A stretch of 64,000 nucleotides of DNA from Candidatus Tayloriibacteriota bacterium (GTDB taxonomy: Bacteria; Patescibacteriota; Minisyncoccia; Phycocordibacterales; PALSA-1337): the NCBI GenBank assembly GCA_003151615.1, contig PLXZ01000001.1, positions 67,795 to 131,794 on the forward strand. Reading direction: 5' to 3'. Under the pieces are notes generated by a model. It was given only the letters and a program-made list of their open reading frames with translations. It was not told where the DNA came from and made no database searches. The position numbers and the translations under genes were made by a program. Within the stretch, counting starts at the first letter, position 1; every line of letters starts with the position of its first letter. Shown here one piece after another: positions 19,564 through 28,898 of the stretch.

Positions 19564-20124
19564 ATGTCAAAAGATCTCTCCATAGAATATGCCCATATAT
19601 ACTCTAATAACAAGATCGGGGAGGAGCATAAGCTTTCGCTTGATATTCTAGGTAGCCTCCGTGACGAAGAAAAAGCTAAAGGCCACAGTATCTCCCTTGT
19701 AGTTCTTGTCGACGATTATTCCTTCCCTGATCCTGCATTTGACTACACGACCTTTTCAGCATGGCTCAGTGAGAACGGCTTCAAGCCAGACCTGGTACTA
19801 CGAGAATCACAGCTCATTCCACTCTGTGATGAGACGCTCAAGCTTGTGAATGACCCTAAACTCAAGGATCAGATCGGAGACTACGTCCGTCAGAAAAAAT
19901 ACCCATGTTCGTTATTCGTCGCTACATGGTATCTCCTTAGGCTCGGTTATCTTTCATCCCCGATCTTCAACGCCGAACTGGCAGCAAAAAATGTCATCAA
20001 TATATTACCCTTGAGTTTCAAACCGTTTGAAGAAAAAGCGTTGGAAATTATTGCGGCCACCAAATATGTGGATGCGGTTAAGAAAATCGATTGGCGATAC
20101 TTCGAAGGAAGATTGGTAGTATAA
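19564..20124 (+). CDS. SCO2522-like / HUP-fold-like hypothetical protein
   Basis: SIEYAHIY, VLVDDY, CSLFVATWYLLRLG and NILP..F...E..A..I resemble the SCO2522 family motifs (from memory); TATAAT 7 nt before the ATG. Confidence 0.55.
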   Translation: MSKDLSIEYAHIYSNNKIGEEHKLSLDILGSLRDEEKAKGHSISLVVLVDDYSFPDPAFDYTTFSAWLSENGFKPDLVLRESQLIPLCDETLKLVNDPKLKDQIGDYVRQKKYPCSLFVATWYLLRLGYLSSPIFNAELAAKNVINILPLSFKPFEEKALEIIAATKYVDAVKKIDWRYFEGRLVV

Positions 20125-20131
20125 TTTTATT

Positions 20132-20555
20132 CATCATAGAGGTGGATAACCTCGTTGACACGACAAGGGCGGAGGTATAGCATGCTACTTCAGAGCTTAC
20201 TGCTCTCCTTAACAATGCAGTTGACCACTCCGTAGCAATACGGGGTACATAGGGCGACAACAATCGCCATCCTGTCGGTAGTGCGAGAGACGGTTCTTTT
20301 TCAGAACACCTGACGATGCTTGTGACGGATCAAAACAAAAGTCCAAACGAGCGCGTTTGTCGTGTCTGCGGACACACCGGGTTTGCATTCTGAGAGATTG
20401 CTATGTATCAATCCATCGACTATCGAGGGGCCGATATGCGCGTGACTCGTTCACTGTCGCTGGCCCCTCCCTTTTCACTAGAGTAACGTCTCATTCCTCC
20501 GAGAACGTTTGATGCCGCCGGGGCCCGTTGCACTTTCGCAACGGGCCCTATATTT
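20132..20555 (+). ncRNA. Putative ~400-nt structured non-coding RNA of unknown class
   Basis: No long ORF; many hairpins including a GCAA tetraloop, a 10-bp long-range helix, a possible pseudoknot and a closing stem; upstream TATAAT and downstream terminator. Confidence 0.55.
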
Positions 20556-20558
20556 TTT
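20521..20558 (+). terminator. Intrinsic terminator
   Basis: GGGCCCGTTGC-ACTTTC-GCAACGGGCCC followed by TATATTTTTT. Confidence 0.8.
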
Positions 20559-20622
20559 CCAGAAAATGTGGTATTTTGATCTCAAACATAGCAACTTGAA
20601 ACTTTAACCGAAAGGCTCCGAT

Positions 20623-20970
20623 ATGTCTGAATCCTCTGATTACACCTGGTATATTGATACCTGCGGTGACAGCCGCACTAACGAATGCATTGCTCAAATG
20701 CTTACCGGCACCTCTGATGAATGCGAATGCTGGGAACAGCTCTGCGAAGACGATAAACGTCGCGCATTGTGGAGATGCCCCGATCACGAATTCCTATCAC
20801 GTTTCGAACATCACATGAAACGCTACAAATATCGCTATGCTATCTACAAGAAGAAGGGCAAGTATGGTGAGATTCGTCTCTGGCAATTCAGTCGTCCCGC
20901 CACTGTCCTCCGTAAGAACAAGCATCAGGCTGTTCCTGAACAGAAGGGACATCATCTTGTCACTGCATAA
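20623..20970 (+). CDS. Cys-rich hypothetical protein
   Basis: 115 aa, acidic N-half with several Cys, basic C-half. Confidence 0.55.
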   Translation: MSESSDYTWYIDTCGDSRTNECIAQMLTGTSDECECWEQLCEDDKRRALWRCPDHEFLSRFEHHMKRYKYRYAIYKKKGKYGEIRLWQFSRPATVLRKNKHQAVPEQKGHHLVTA

Positions 20971-21017
20971 ATTACACGTCACCCTTTCCTTCGAGGACTG
21001 GGTGATTTTTTCTCGAC

Positions 21018-21500
21018 TTAGATTTTAGTGGTTAGAAAAACATTGAGCTTGGCGAGTTGCTGTGTAAATCCGCCTTCCATACCCTCAACAGCCATTGCCG
21101 GTGCGGTTGCGGGGTTGTTTATTATCGCCCTAACTTTTACCTTGGTCTTGCCATTTTCCTCAGTCAATGTTACTTCCGTGGTCTGATCGATCATGGTTTC
21201 TTTATCCTGTCCCTCAGTCCAAGCCTTGGCAGTATACGATAGCTTCGACGGCGGTTCCACGACCGTAAATTCCGCTTTCATCGGCCATTTTGTACCTTTA
21301 TATTGACCCATTGCTTCTCCCGCTTCCATGACGATATAAAATGTGCCGCCAACACGTAGATCGACTGTGCATTCAGGGATGGTGACGTTATCCGGCCCCC
21401 ACCATTGCTTGAGCATTTTGGGATCTGTCCAAGCTTTCCAAACTGATGCTAGGGGAGCGTCAAAAACGCGTTCGAGTGTCAATTCTTTTTTATTTTTCAT
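21018..21500 (-). CDS. SRPBCC/AHSA1 domain protein
   Basis: LTLERVFDAP..VWKAWTDP..LKQWWGP...DLRVGG. Confidence 0.9.
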   Translation of the reverse strand: MKNKKELTLERVFDAPLASVWKAWTDPKMLKQWWGPDNVTIPECTVDLRVGGTFYIVMEAGEAMGQYKGTKWPMKAEFTVVEPPSKLSYTAKAWTEGQDKETMIDQTTEVTLTEENGKTKVKVRAIINNPATAPAMAVEGMEGGFTQQLAKLNVFLTTKI

Positions 21501-21501
21501 A

Positions 21502-21822
21502 TTATTTATCTTTGTTTACTCTTTTAACTTTTAATAGTGTATCTAATTTATCAAAACGTTTATTCCAGATATCCGTCATTTTGTGAGTCCATTGTTCGAT
21601 CTCATAGACGGCATTCATGTCGAGCTGATACATGCGTTGCTGGCCCTGCTTCTCAACGTACACCACATGTGCTTCGCGAAGAACTTTTAAATGCTGAGAG
21701 ATGGCGGCGGTGCTTTGACTGAATGTATCGCTGATGTCCGTTGCGGGTAGCCGACCTTTTTTCGCGAGCATCTCAATGATATGACGCCGGGTGGGCTCGG
21801 CAATTACATAAAATATATCCAT
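21502..21822 (-). CDS. ArsR/SmtB family regulator
   Basis: IAEPTRRHII...AISQHLKVLREA...GQQRMY. Confidence 0.9.
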   Translation of the reverse strand: MDIFYVIAEPTRRHIIEMLAKKGRLPATDISDTFSQSTAAISQHLKVLREAHVVYVEKQGQQRMYQLDMNAVYEIEQWTHKMTDIWNKRFDKLDTLLKVKRVNKDK

Positions 21823-21844
21823 GAAGATATAGTATGGCAACAAG

Positions 21845-21868
21845 ATAATTAAGTCAACACTTAATTAT
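21845..21868. promoter_or_regulatory. ArsR operator
   Basis: Perfect palindrome ATAATTAAGT-CAAC-ACTTAATTAT directly upstream of the arsR-like gene. Confidence 0.75.
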
Positions 21869-21940
21869 CCACATATTGGTCATTCTCTGATTTTTGACAT
21901 TTGTTGACATTTCATACAACAGCACGAATTATGGAGCAAG

Positions 21941-22080
21941 ACAAATGGGACACGGATTTTCGGAGTGTCCCATTCTCAAATATCTATTTTGCCCTTATTA
22001 GGCTTACCTATTTTTGGTGATACTATCGAAAAATGGCACGATCTGAAATATGCCTAAAAGTGTCCCATTTGTCCCATTTT
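21941..22080. repeat. TGTCCCATT repeat cluster (three direct copies, one inverted)
   Basis: AATGGGACA at 21944-21952; TGTCCCATT at 21966, 22061 and 22070. Confidence 0.7.
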
Positions 22081-22203
22081 GTTTTTAGCACCCCCGACCT
22101 AGGTTCCTCGGTTTAGTATGCTAAAATATCCTCAAAGGCCCTTACGGGGTCTTGTCTCATAAGGTTCGAGACAGGGCGGGGGCACAAGGAAAAAATAGGG
22201 TAA

Positions 22204-22235
22204 AACAAAAAATCGCCGCTTGGCGATTTTTTGTT
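22204..22235. terminator. Bidirectional terminator after rpsT
   Basis: AACAAAAAATCGCC-GCTT-GGCGATTTTTTGTT. Confidence 0.85.
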
Positions 22236-22249
22236 AGAGTCTGTTTTGC

Positions 22250-22513
22250 TTAAGCAATCTTCTTCAAAGCCTTCATGACACGCGATTTCGTCCGCGCCGC
22301 CGCATTCTTCTTTATGTAGTTTTTCTTGACCGCCTTGTCGAGAGCTTGATAAATGACGGAAACGAGAGCTTGCGCTTCCTTGTGGCTTTTTGCGGCGACA
22401 AGCTTTCGGAATTTTTTGATCGGAGCGTCAAAAGCCGCGCGGGTGCGGAGGTTGACGATGCGCTTTCTGTTTCCTGCGCGGAGGGCCTTTTTTGCTGAAG
22501 ATGTTATCGGCAT
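22250..22513 (-). CDS. rpsT: 30S ribosomal protein S20
   Basis: MPITSSAKKALR...LDKAVKKNYIKKNAAARTKSR. Confidence 0.95.
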   Translation of the reverse strand: MPITSSAKKALRAGNRKRIVNLRTRAAFDAPIKKFRKLVAAKSHKEAQALVSVIYQALDKAVKKNYIKKNAAARTKSRVMKALKKIA

Positions 22514-22614
22514 GTGTTATTTATGGTTTTAGTTTGTGAGAGCAACATTATCACAGCGCCGTTTAAAATACAAGGAAAAATACAAGAAATCGCCAAATCA
22601 TATATAATGAACGC

Positions 22615-23244
22615 ATGATATCGCGCCTGACCGGAACAATCGTGCACACCGACCTGAAATACGTCGTTTTGGATGTGAACGGGGTCGGCTATAAAGTTTA
22701 CACCACGGCTGACCTGGCCAGCCGTATTGGAAACAGCGGAGGCACGGGCGGAAAAGATTCAAAAACAGTCACCGTTTGGACCTATCTCGCAGTGCGCGAC
22801 GATGCCATGGATTTATATGGCTTCCCCACGCTGTCGGAACTTAATTTCTTCGAACTGCTCATCGGTATTTCGGGAATCGGTCCGAAAACAGCTCTCGGCA
22901 TTTTGAATGTGGCATCAGTCGGAGCAATCGATAATGCGATCAGAAGCGGCGATGCCAGTCATCTCGTGAAGGTCGGCGGCTTGAGCAAAAAAATGGCGGA
23001 AAAAATCGTACTGGAATTACGCGATAAAATGGATGACATGCCAGAATTCGGCGAGACCGGCGGCGGACTTTCAGGACAAACAAAAGAAACCCAACGAAGC
23101 GATTCCGACACGATTGAGGCGTTGAAATCGCTCGGCTACACTCCGGCTGAAGCGCGCGACGCCCTCAAACAGCTCGACAAGGGTCTGAAAAACGCCTCGA
23201 CCGGCGAAAAAGTAAAGGCGGCATTGAAAGTTCTGGGGATGTAG
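22615..23244 (+). CDS. ruvA: Holliday junction branch migration protein RuvA
   Basis: DVNGVGY, LYGF, ISGIGPKTAL, ALKSLGY. Confidence 0.95.
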   Translation: MISRLTGTIVHTDLKYVVLDVNGVGYKVYTTADLASRIGNSGGTGGKDSKTVTVWTYLAVRDDAMDLYGFPTLSELNFFELLIGISGIGPKTALGILNVASVGAIDNAIRSGDASHLVKVGGLSKKMAEKIVLELRDKMDDMPEFGETGGGLSGQTKETQRSDSDTIEALKSLGYTPAEARDALKQLDKGLKNASTGEKVKAALKVLGM

Positions 23245-23271
23245 AAAACGCCGTACAATAAAGTAACAAAA

Positions 23272-24618
23272 ATGGAAAAAATCCTCCGTTCAACCGAAAA
23301 AATAATACCGAAAAAAATATATCGGCTTGGCCAGCCCATGTACCATTTCGGCCTTGCATTTTTGAGCGCCCTCTACTACCGCTTCCCTTCACGAAAGATA
23401 AAGATAATCGCCATTACCGGAACAAAAGGCAAAAGCTCGACTGGCGAATTGGTGAGCGCCATTCTCGAAAAAGCGGGATATAAAACCGCGCTTTCCAACA
23501 CGATCCGATTTAAAATCGGCGAAAAATCCCGCGACAATCTCTATAAAATGTCGATGCCCGGCCGCGGCTTCATGCAAAAATTCATCCACGAGGCTGTTGA
23601 CGCGAAATGTGATTATGCGATTATCGAAATGACTTCGCAGGGTTCTCTGCTCTACCGTCACCGCTTCATACACATGGATACGCTCATCGTCACCAACATT
23701 TCACCGGAACATATCGAGGCTCACGGCTCCTACGAAAATTATATCGCTTCAAAATTCGCAATCGGAAAACAACTCCGGCGTTCGCGAAAAAATAATAAGA
23801 TACTCATCGTAAATGCTGATGATATGGAGGCGAAAAAATTCCTGACCTTGCGCGCGGACAAAAAAATCGCCTATCGTCTGGCCGAAACCAAACCGTACAG
23901 CCTTCTCGAAAACGGCCTCGAATTCAGCTATGACTGCGTCCGCATTCAGTCCCGACTTTCCGGAATCTTCAACATTTACAACATGCTTGCGGCAATAAAG
24001 GCCACAGAGAGCCGTGGTGTGGAGCTTGAAAAAATAGTCGCGGCCCTACGCAATTTCACCGTCATTCGCGGCCGCATGGAATACATAAAGGCCGGCCAGG
24101 ATTTCAATGTCATTGTTGACTACGCCCACACAATTGATTCGCTCCAAAAAGTGTACGTTGCCCTGACTACGACGCACGCGAATAAAACGATATCCGACGG
24201 CGGAACCGGCAAAAATAAAAAAACTGCACCAATTACTCCGAAACTCATCGGCATCCTCGGAGGTACGGGCGGTGGTCGCGACAAATGGAAGCGAAAGGAA
24301 ATGGGCGCGGTCGCCGACGCGTACTGTGACTATGTCGTCCTGACGAATGAAGATCCGTATGACGAAGACCCGATGCAAATTATTAATGATGTTGCCGCGG
24401 GCTTCACTAAAAACAAACCTGCAATAATTCTCGACCGCCGTCTTGCCATCCGCGATGCAATCGCCCATGCAAAAACCGGCGACACAATCATCATCACCGG
24501 CAAAGGCACCGATCCGTTCATCATGGGACCAAATGGCAATAACATGCCGTGGAGCGATGCGCGAATTGTCCGCGAAGAACTCGAACGGCAGAAACTCGAA
24601 AAAGTGCCGAAAAAGTAG
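23272..24618 (+). CDS. murE: Mur ligase (MurE-like)
   Basis: ITGTKGKSST, EHIEAHG, VDYAHT, GGGRDKWKR, NEDPYDE, TGKG. Confidence 0.85.
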   Translation: MEKILRSTEKIIPKKIYRLGQPMYHFGLAFLSALYYRFPSRKIKIIAITGTKGKSSTGELVSAILEKAGYKTALSNTIRFKIGEKSRDNLYKMSMPGRGFMQKFIHEAVDAKCDYAIIEMTSQGSLLYRHRFIHMDTLIVTNISPEHIEAHGSYENYIASKFAIGKQLRRSRKNNKILIVNADDMEAKKFLTLRADKKIAYRLAETKPYSLLENGLEFSYDCVRIQSRLSGIFNIYNMLAAIKATESRGVELEKIVAALRNFTVIRGRMEYIKAGQDFNVIVDYAHTIDSLQKVYVALTTTHANKTISDGGTGKNKKTAPITPKLIGILGGTGGGRDKWKRKEMGAVADAYCDYVVLTNEDPYDEDPMQIINDVAAGFTKNKPAIILDRRLAIRDAIAHAKTGDTIIITGKGTDPFIMGPNGNNMPWSDARIVREELERQKLEKVPKK

Positions 24619-24630
24619 TAAGGTATATTC

Positions 24631-25611
24631 ATGCCTGAACTCCCCGAAGTACAAACAACCGTCAGCGGCCTTAACTCACGCGTCAGCGGATTGACCATTA
24701 CCGATGTTTGGACCGATTACGGAAGCGCTTTTTATAAAGGCAAGGATTCGATAAAAAATCCGGTCTTCTTCAGGCGATTTAAAAAAGAAGTCGTCGGGGC
24801 GAAAATTACCGGCGTCACAAGGCGCGCGAAAAATATTTTGATTCATATTGAAAAACCCCACGGCAAAGCCGGCGACAAGGAAAAAATAATTCTCGTTCAC
24901 ATGAAAATGACTGGGCACATTTTATATGCGCGTTTTAATCTCGACGCGAAAAAATCCGCGAAAAAGCAACGGGATCCGTGGACTCCCGCAACAGACGAAT
25001 CGAAAGCATTCCATGACCCCTTCAACCGCTTCATCCATTTTGTCATGACACTTTCGAACGGTCGCCAAATAGCCTTGTCAGATATGCGTAAATTCGCGAA
25101 AGTTACCCTTATTGACGGAGCACACGCCGAAACAGGCCTTCTCCATTCGCTTCATTTGGCGAACATCGGACCGGAACCGCTCGAAAAAAGTTTCACCTTC
25201 GATATCTTCAAATCACGCATCAACCGCAAACCGAACGGGAAAATAAAAATGGTCCTGATGGACCAGTCGATCATTGCCGGCGTGGGAAACATTTACAGCG
25301 ACGAGGCTCTATGGCGAACAGGCCTTAACCCGGAAGAACGAGTAAAAAATATTCCGGATTCGCTTCTTAAAACGCTGTATGCCGACGTGAAAAAAGTTCT
25401 TGAAAAAGGAATCGATTTTGGCGGCGATTCCATGTCGGATTACAGAAACATTGACGGCGAACGCGGCAAATTCCAGGAACAGCATCAGGCGTATCGAAAA
25501 ACGGGCAAGCCCTGCGCGCGACCGGGCTGCAAAGGAATTATCCAGCGCAAAATTGTGGGGGGACGAAGCGCGCATTTCTGCAGTGTCCACCAACGACTGC
25601 GTAAAAATTAA
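24631..25611 (+). CDS. mutM: Formamidopyrimidine-DNA glycosylase
   Basis: MPELPEV, HMKMTG, AGVGNIY, C-terminal zinc finger. Confidence 0.95.
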   Translation: MPELPEVQTTVSGLNSRVSGLTITDVWTDYGSAFYKGKDSIKNPVFFRRFKKEVVGAKITGVTRRAKNILIHIEKPHGKAGDKEKIILVHMKMTGHILYARFNLDAKKSAKKQRDPWTPATDESKAFHDPFNRFIHFVMTLSNGRQIALSDMRKFAKVTLIDGAHAETGLLHSLHLANIGPEPLEKSFTFDIFKSRINRKPNGKIKMVLMDQSIIAGVGNIYSDEALWRTGLNPEERVKNIPDSLLKTLYADVKKVLEKGIDFGGDSMSDYRNIDGERGKFQEQHQAYRKTGKPCARPGCKGIIQRKIVGGRSAHFCSVHQRLRKN

Positions 25612-25646
25612 CGAGCAAGGGGTGTTGGGCGTGCTTTTTATTGCGT

Positions 25647-25735
25647 CATCATGCAAATGCGAATGCGAAAATCTTAGGCTATATTTAGAGCCATTTTTTC
25701 TGCTAAAACAATATTAAATTCGCATTTGCATGATG
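25647..25735. repeat. Perfect 18-bp inverted repeat around a 53-bp spacer (MITE-like)
   Basis: CATCATGCAAATGCGAAT (25647-25664) / ATTCGCATTTGCATGATG (25718-25735). Confidence 0.8.
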
Positions 25736-25781
25736 GTGATGTATTTACTGATAAAATCCAGCGGGATTAGAAGCGAAAAAA

Positions 25782-26303
25782 TTAAACGCGAGCATGGTCG
25801 GCAACGAGCATAAATAAAGCAATTCCTGCCGCAACAGATACGTTCAGCGATTCTTTTTTTCCTTTCATCGGTATTTCGGCGATAACATTTGCTAAATCGA
25901 GCAGATTTTTATTAACCCCGCCAACTTCGTTGCCAGGCACAAGCAGAATTTCAGAAATACCCGAAATTTTCACGGCAACATCCTTGCACGGAATAGACCG
26001 TGCGTCCTGCTCCAGAACAACGACTGCTCCGCCCGACTTTTTAAATTTTTTGACAAAAGTTTCAGCGCCCGTCTCGCCATCCGCTTCATCGATTCGCTCC
26101 CACGGAACAGTCATTTCCGCGCCCAAGGCCACTTTCGCAACATCAGCGCGCATTCGGCCAAATCGATCCGTCGGCGACGGCGTATATCCTGAAATATATA
26201 TTTTCGATACTCCGAAAGCATCAGCTGTCCTGAAAATTGAGCCCACATTATAAACGCTCCTTATATCGTGCAGTAAAATCGAGACTCTGGCATTTTTTTG
26301 CAT
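25782..26303 (-). CDS. TrmH/SpoU family RNA methyltransferase
   Basis: DIRSVYNVGSIFRTAD, GNEVGG, IPMKGKKESLNVSVAAGI. Confidence 0.9.
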   Translation of the reverse strand: MQKNARVSILLHDIRSVYNVGSIFRTADAFGVSKIYISGYTPSPTDRFGRMRADVAKVALGAEMTVPWERIDEADGETGAETFVKKFKKSGGAVVVLEQDARSIPCKDVAVKISGISEILLVPGNEVGGVNKNLLDLANVIAEIPMKGKKESLNVSVAAGIALFMLVADHARV

Positions 26304-26322
26304 CTTATATATACTATACAGT

Positions 26323-26691
26323 ATGTTAAGCATGATTCCATCGCTTCTCACCTATCAAATGGCCGGACCGCTCATTATCCGTATCGTCCTTGGCGTTACC
26401 CTTTTTCATTTCGGCTACAAGAAAATCAAGGGCCGCGGGGACAGCTCCGGCAGCAACAGCCTCACCTACGGCGCGATCGAGGTCTTCATTTCAATATTTC
26501 TCATCATCGGCCTCTTCACCCAGATTGCCGCTCTCCTGAACGTCATCATCCTCGTGATAAAGCTCGGTTTCAAGGCCAAAACCGGGCAGTTTCTTTCTGA
26601 TGGCGTCAATTATTATATTTTGCTGCTCGTCATGGCCCTCTCGCTCATGTTCACCGGCCCCGGTTTCTTTGCATTCGATTTGCCTCTTTAA
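26323..26691 (+). CDS. DoxX family membrane protein
   Basis: LIIRIVLG...HFGY.K, GLFTQIAA, GPG.FAFD. Confidence 0.85.
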   Translation: MLSMIPSLLTYQMAGPLIIRIVLGVTLFHFGYKKIKGRGDSSGSNSLTYGAIEVFISIFLIIGLFTQIAALLNVIILVIKLGFKAKTGQFLSDGVNYYILLLVMALSLMFTGPGFFAFDLPL

Positions 26692-26773
26692 GTAAAAATC
26701 GCCGAGCAAAACTTGTTAAAACGTGCTTTTGTATGATATTGTTTTCAGGCGATAAAAAATTTAATGAGTGGTT

Positions 26774-26846
26774 GCGCCTATAGCTCAGTTGGTAGAGCAT
26801 CTCCCTTTTAAGGAGTGGGTCGTTGGTTCGATTCCAACTAGGCGCA
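26774..26846 (+). tRNA. tRNA-Lys, anticodon TTT
   Basis: Acceptor GCGCCTA/TAGGCGC; D-arm GCTC..GAGC; loop CT-TTT-AA; T-arm GTTGG-TTCGATT-CCAAC. Confidence 0.95.
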
Positions 26847-28403
26847 CCTTTCAGTAGAATTTATAACCATGTTAGATACTATAGGCTTTTCGGTATTTTC
26901 GACTTTTTGAGTTGCCTGTTCGAGCTTCAAAAGTTGGTCGAAAAGTAGGGAGGGATTTGATTTTATTATAAGTCCGTCGGCTACTTCGAAGTGATTCCAA
27001 AAAAAGGCCAAAATCTGTCGCTTTAAAGCAGGAGAAGCTTTTTGGTAGGCATCGTAAATATTCCTCGTGAATTTCAGAATATCCTGCGCCTCACCGATAT
27101 TTACATTTTTCTGCTTTTCAAGCTCTATAAGCCGAGCGTCGATATTTTCAATTTCATGTTCGATCTGCTTTTTGACTTTCGTAAAGTCATCGTCGGATAT
27201 GACTTTTGCAAACAGCTTCTCCAAGACCACCTTTTGCTTCGATTCAAAAGCGGTGCGCTGATTGATGAAGTCCTTTCGCTTGCTATCGTAGGCTTTTTTG
27301 CGTTCATAGAATATGGCCTTGGCGTTATTTATGACTTCTTCAATAAATACAGGGCTGAATTCCAACGTCTTGAACTTGTCGGCCACCATTTCTTCGAGCT
27401 TGGCAACTTCAATGCACTTTCCGCAACCGCTTGGATTAGTACAGTGATAATAGGCCTTCTTTTTGTTCAAATGCCATTCGGCGGTGTATCTGCGGTCATG
27501 TTTGTAGCATCGGACGAAGCCACTTAAAAGCCATGAGTATTTACGCCGCCGACATGCGCTCTTATTTTTTGAAGTCATTATTTTTTGCACCTGATTGAAC
27601 ACCTCCTCGCTGACAAGGGCTTGATGTTTTGCATTTTTAACACATACGTCTTTCCAATTCACTTCGCCAAGATAGAATCTGTTCCTTAATGTGTTGAAAA
27701 GATGACTGTCAGATCGTTTGTTTCCATTTCGAGTACGCAGACCTTTTTCGTAAAGAATATCATTGAGTGCATAGACGTTGTAAGTCCCAGTCGCATATAA
27801 TTCAAACGCCTTTTTCACCAACGGCCCATCATTCGGATCAATGATTATGCTTTTCTGTCCCATGCGCTCTACTGACGCATCAGGATTTAAGATATTTTTA
27901 TATCCGACTGGAGCTTTTGAGGGAAAATAACCCGCTTTCGCTTTTTCTCTCATGGTCATGCTGACTTTTTCGGAAGTGATGTCTCTTTGAAACTGATTTG
28001 TGGAAGCCATGACAGTGCTAATCATTCGCGAAGTAGCGGAGTCGTCCATATTCGGCTGTTGTGTACAATTTAGAAACACCTCGTTTTTACGGAACAAGTC
28101 CATAAGATTGAGATGGTCTAACGTATTGCGGGCAAGTCGGTCGCTGTGGACGGTATAGATTGCGCCAATCTCTTTTGCTAGAACATATTTAATCAATTTC
28201 TGAATTCCCGGTCTTTTGAGATTGCCTCCGCTTCTGCCCTCGTCTTTGATAACTTCTAATATTGTGTATCCGTCTTTTTTAGCGGCTTCGACGCAGACAT
28301 TTTCTTGGGTTTCGATGGAAATTCCAGTAGTGGCTTGATCATCAGTGGAAACACGGCAGTAAACTATTGCTGGCTTAGAATTGTTGTAATTTTGAGTCTT
28401 CAT
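26838..28403 (-). CDS. Large serine integrase of island 2 (stop codon lies inside the tRNA)
   Basis: YCRVSTDDQ, DRLARN, HQALVSEEVF, zinc ribbon and coiled coil; ends STERCA* with TAG at 26838-26840. Confidence 0.93.
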   Translation of the reverse strand: MKTQNYNNSKPAIVYCRVSTDDQATTGISIETQENVCVEAAKKDGYTILEVIKDEGRSGGNLKRPGIQKLIKYVLAKEIGAIYTVHSDRLARNTLDHLNLMDLFRKNEVFLNCTQQPNMDDSATSRMISTVMASTNQFQRDITSEKVSMTMREKAKAGYFPSKAPVGYKNILNPDASVERMGQKSIIIDPNDGPLVKKAFELYATGTYNVYALNDILYEKGLRTRNGNKRSDSHLFNTLRNRFYLGEVNWKDVCVKNAKHQALVSEEVFNQVQKIMTSKNKSACRRRKYSWLLSGFVRCYKHDRRYTAEWHLNKKKAYYHCTNPSGCGKCIEVAKLEEMVADKFKTLEFSPVFIEEVINNAKAIFYERKKAYDSKRKDFINQRTAFESKQKVVLEKLFAKVISDDDFTKVKKQIEHEIENIDARLIELEKQKNVNIGEAQDILKFTRNIYDAYQKASPALKRQILAFFWNHFEVADGLIIKSNPSLLFDQLLKLEQATQKVENTEKPIVSNMVINSTERCA

Positions 28404-28416
28404 ATTTTTAATTTAG

Positions 28417-28623
28417 TTAATTTTGAGGCAGAAAACCTATGGGCGGTATTTCCTTGACGGTTTTCGTCTGAATATCGGAATCGTCGCCCATCGTTACCCT
28501 GCCTTGTTGGTAATTTTGTAATGCTATGCGGGTAGCCTCGCCTCGGCTTTTGGCTTCGACAACGACATGCCCATATTTAATTTCGGATAATAATACTTCG
28601 AATTTTTTGGTTAATTTTTTCAT
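28417..28623 (-). CDS. Small protein (DpnD/PcfM-like)
   Basis: KFEVLLSEI...VVVEAKSRGEA..IA..NY. Confidence 0.55.
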   Translation of the reverse strand: MKKLTKKFEVLLSEIKYGHVVVEAKSRGEATRIALQNYQQGRVTMGDDSDIQTKTVKEIPPIGFLPQN

Positions 28624-28823
28624 CTCATTAAAGAAGTGAAGTTAAACTTTGGAGCAGGTCGACGAAATTGTTTCGCAACCTTTTCCGCAGAGGCTTCCAT
28701 TTCCTGAATGAGTGGCGACGCTAACGCCTTAGCTTCGTCGAATGAGATTTGGCCTGCTTTGAGCAAGGCTTTTATTTCATTGATTTTGGCTATGGGTTTT
28801 TGAGGAGATATTGACATGTTCAT
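28620..28823 (-). CDS. Small hypothetical protein
   Basis: 67 aa, overlapping operon arrangement. Confidence 0.55.
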   Translation of the reverse strand: MNMSISPQKPIAKINEIKALLKAGQISFDEAKALASPLIQEMEASAEKVAKQFRRPAPKFNFTSLMR

Positions 28824-28898
28824 ATATTCGTTTCATTTAATAATATAAACATAACAGCTTCACATCAACCGCAGTTATACACCCCCGACGCAACTTTT

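Noticed and set aside
20132-20555. tmRNA, RNase P RNA or group I intron identity for the structured region
   Set aside because: No tRNA-like ends, no GAGGAAAGUCC P4 signature, no recognisable P7 core, and no interrupted host gene.
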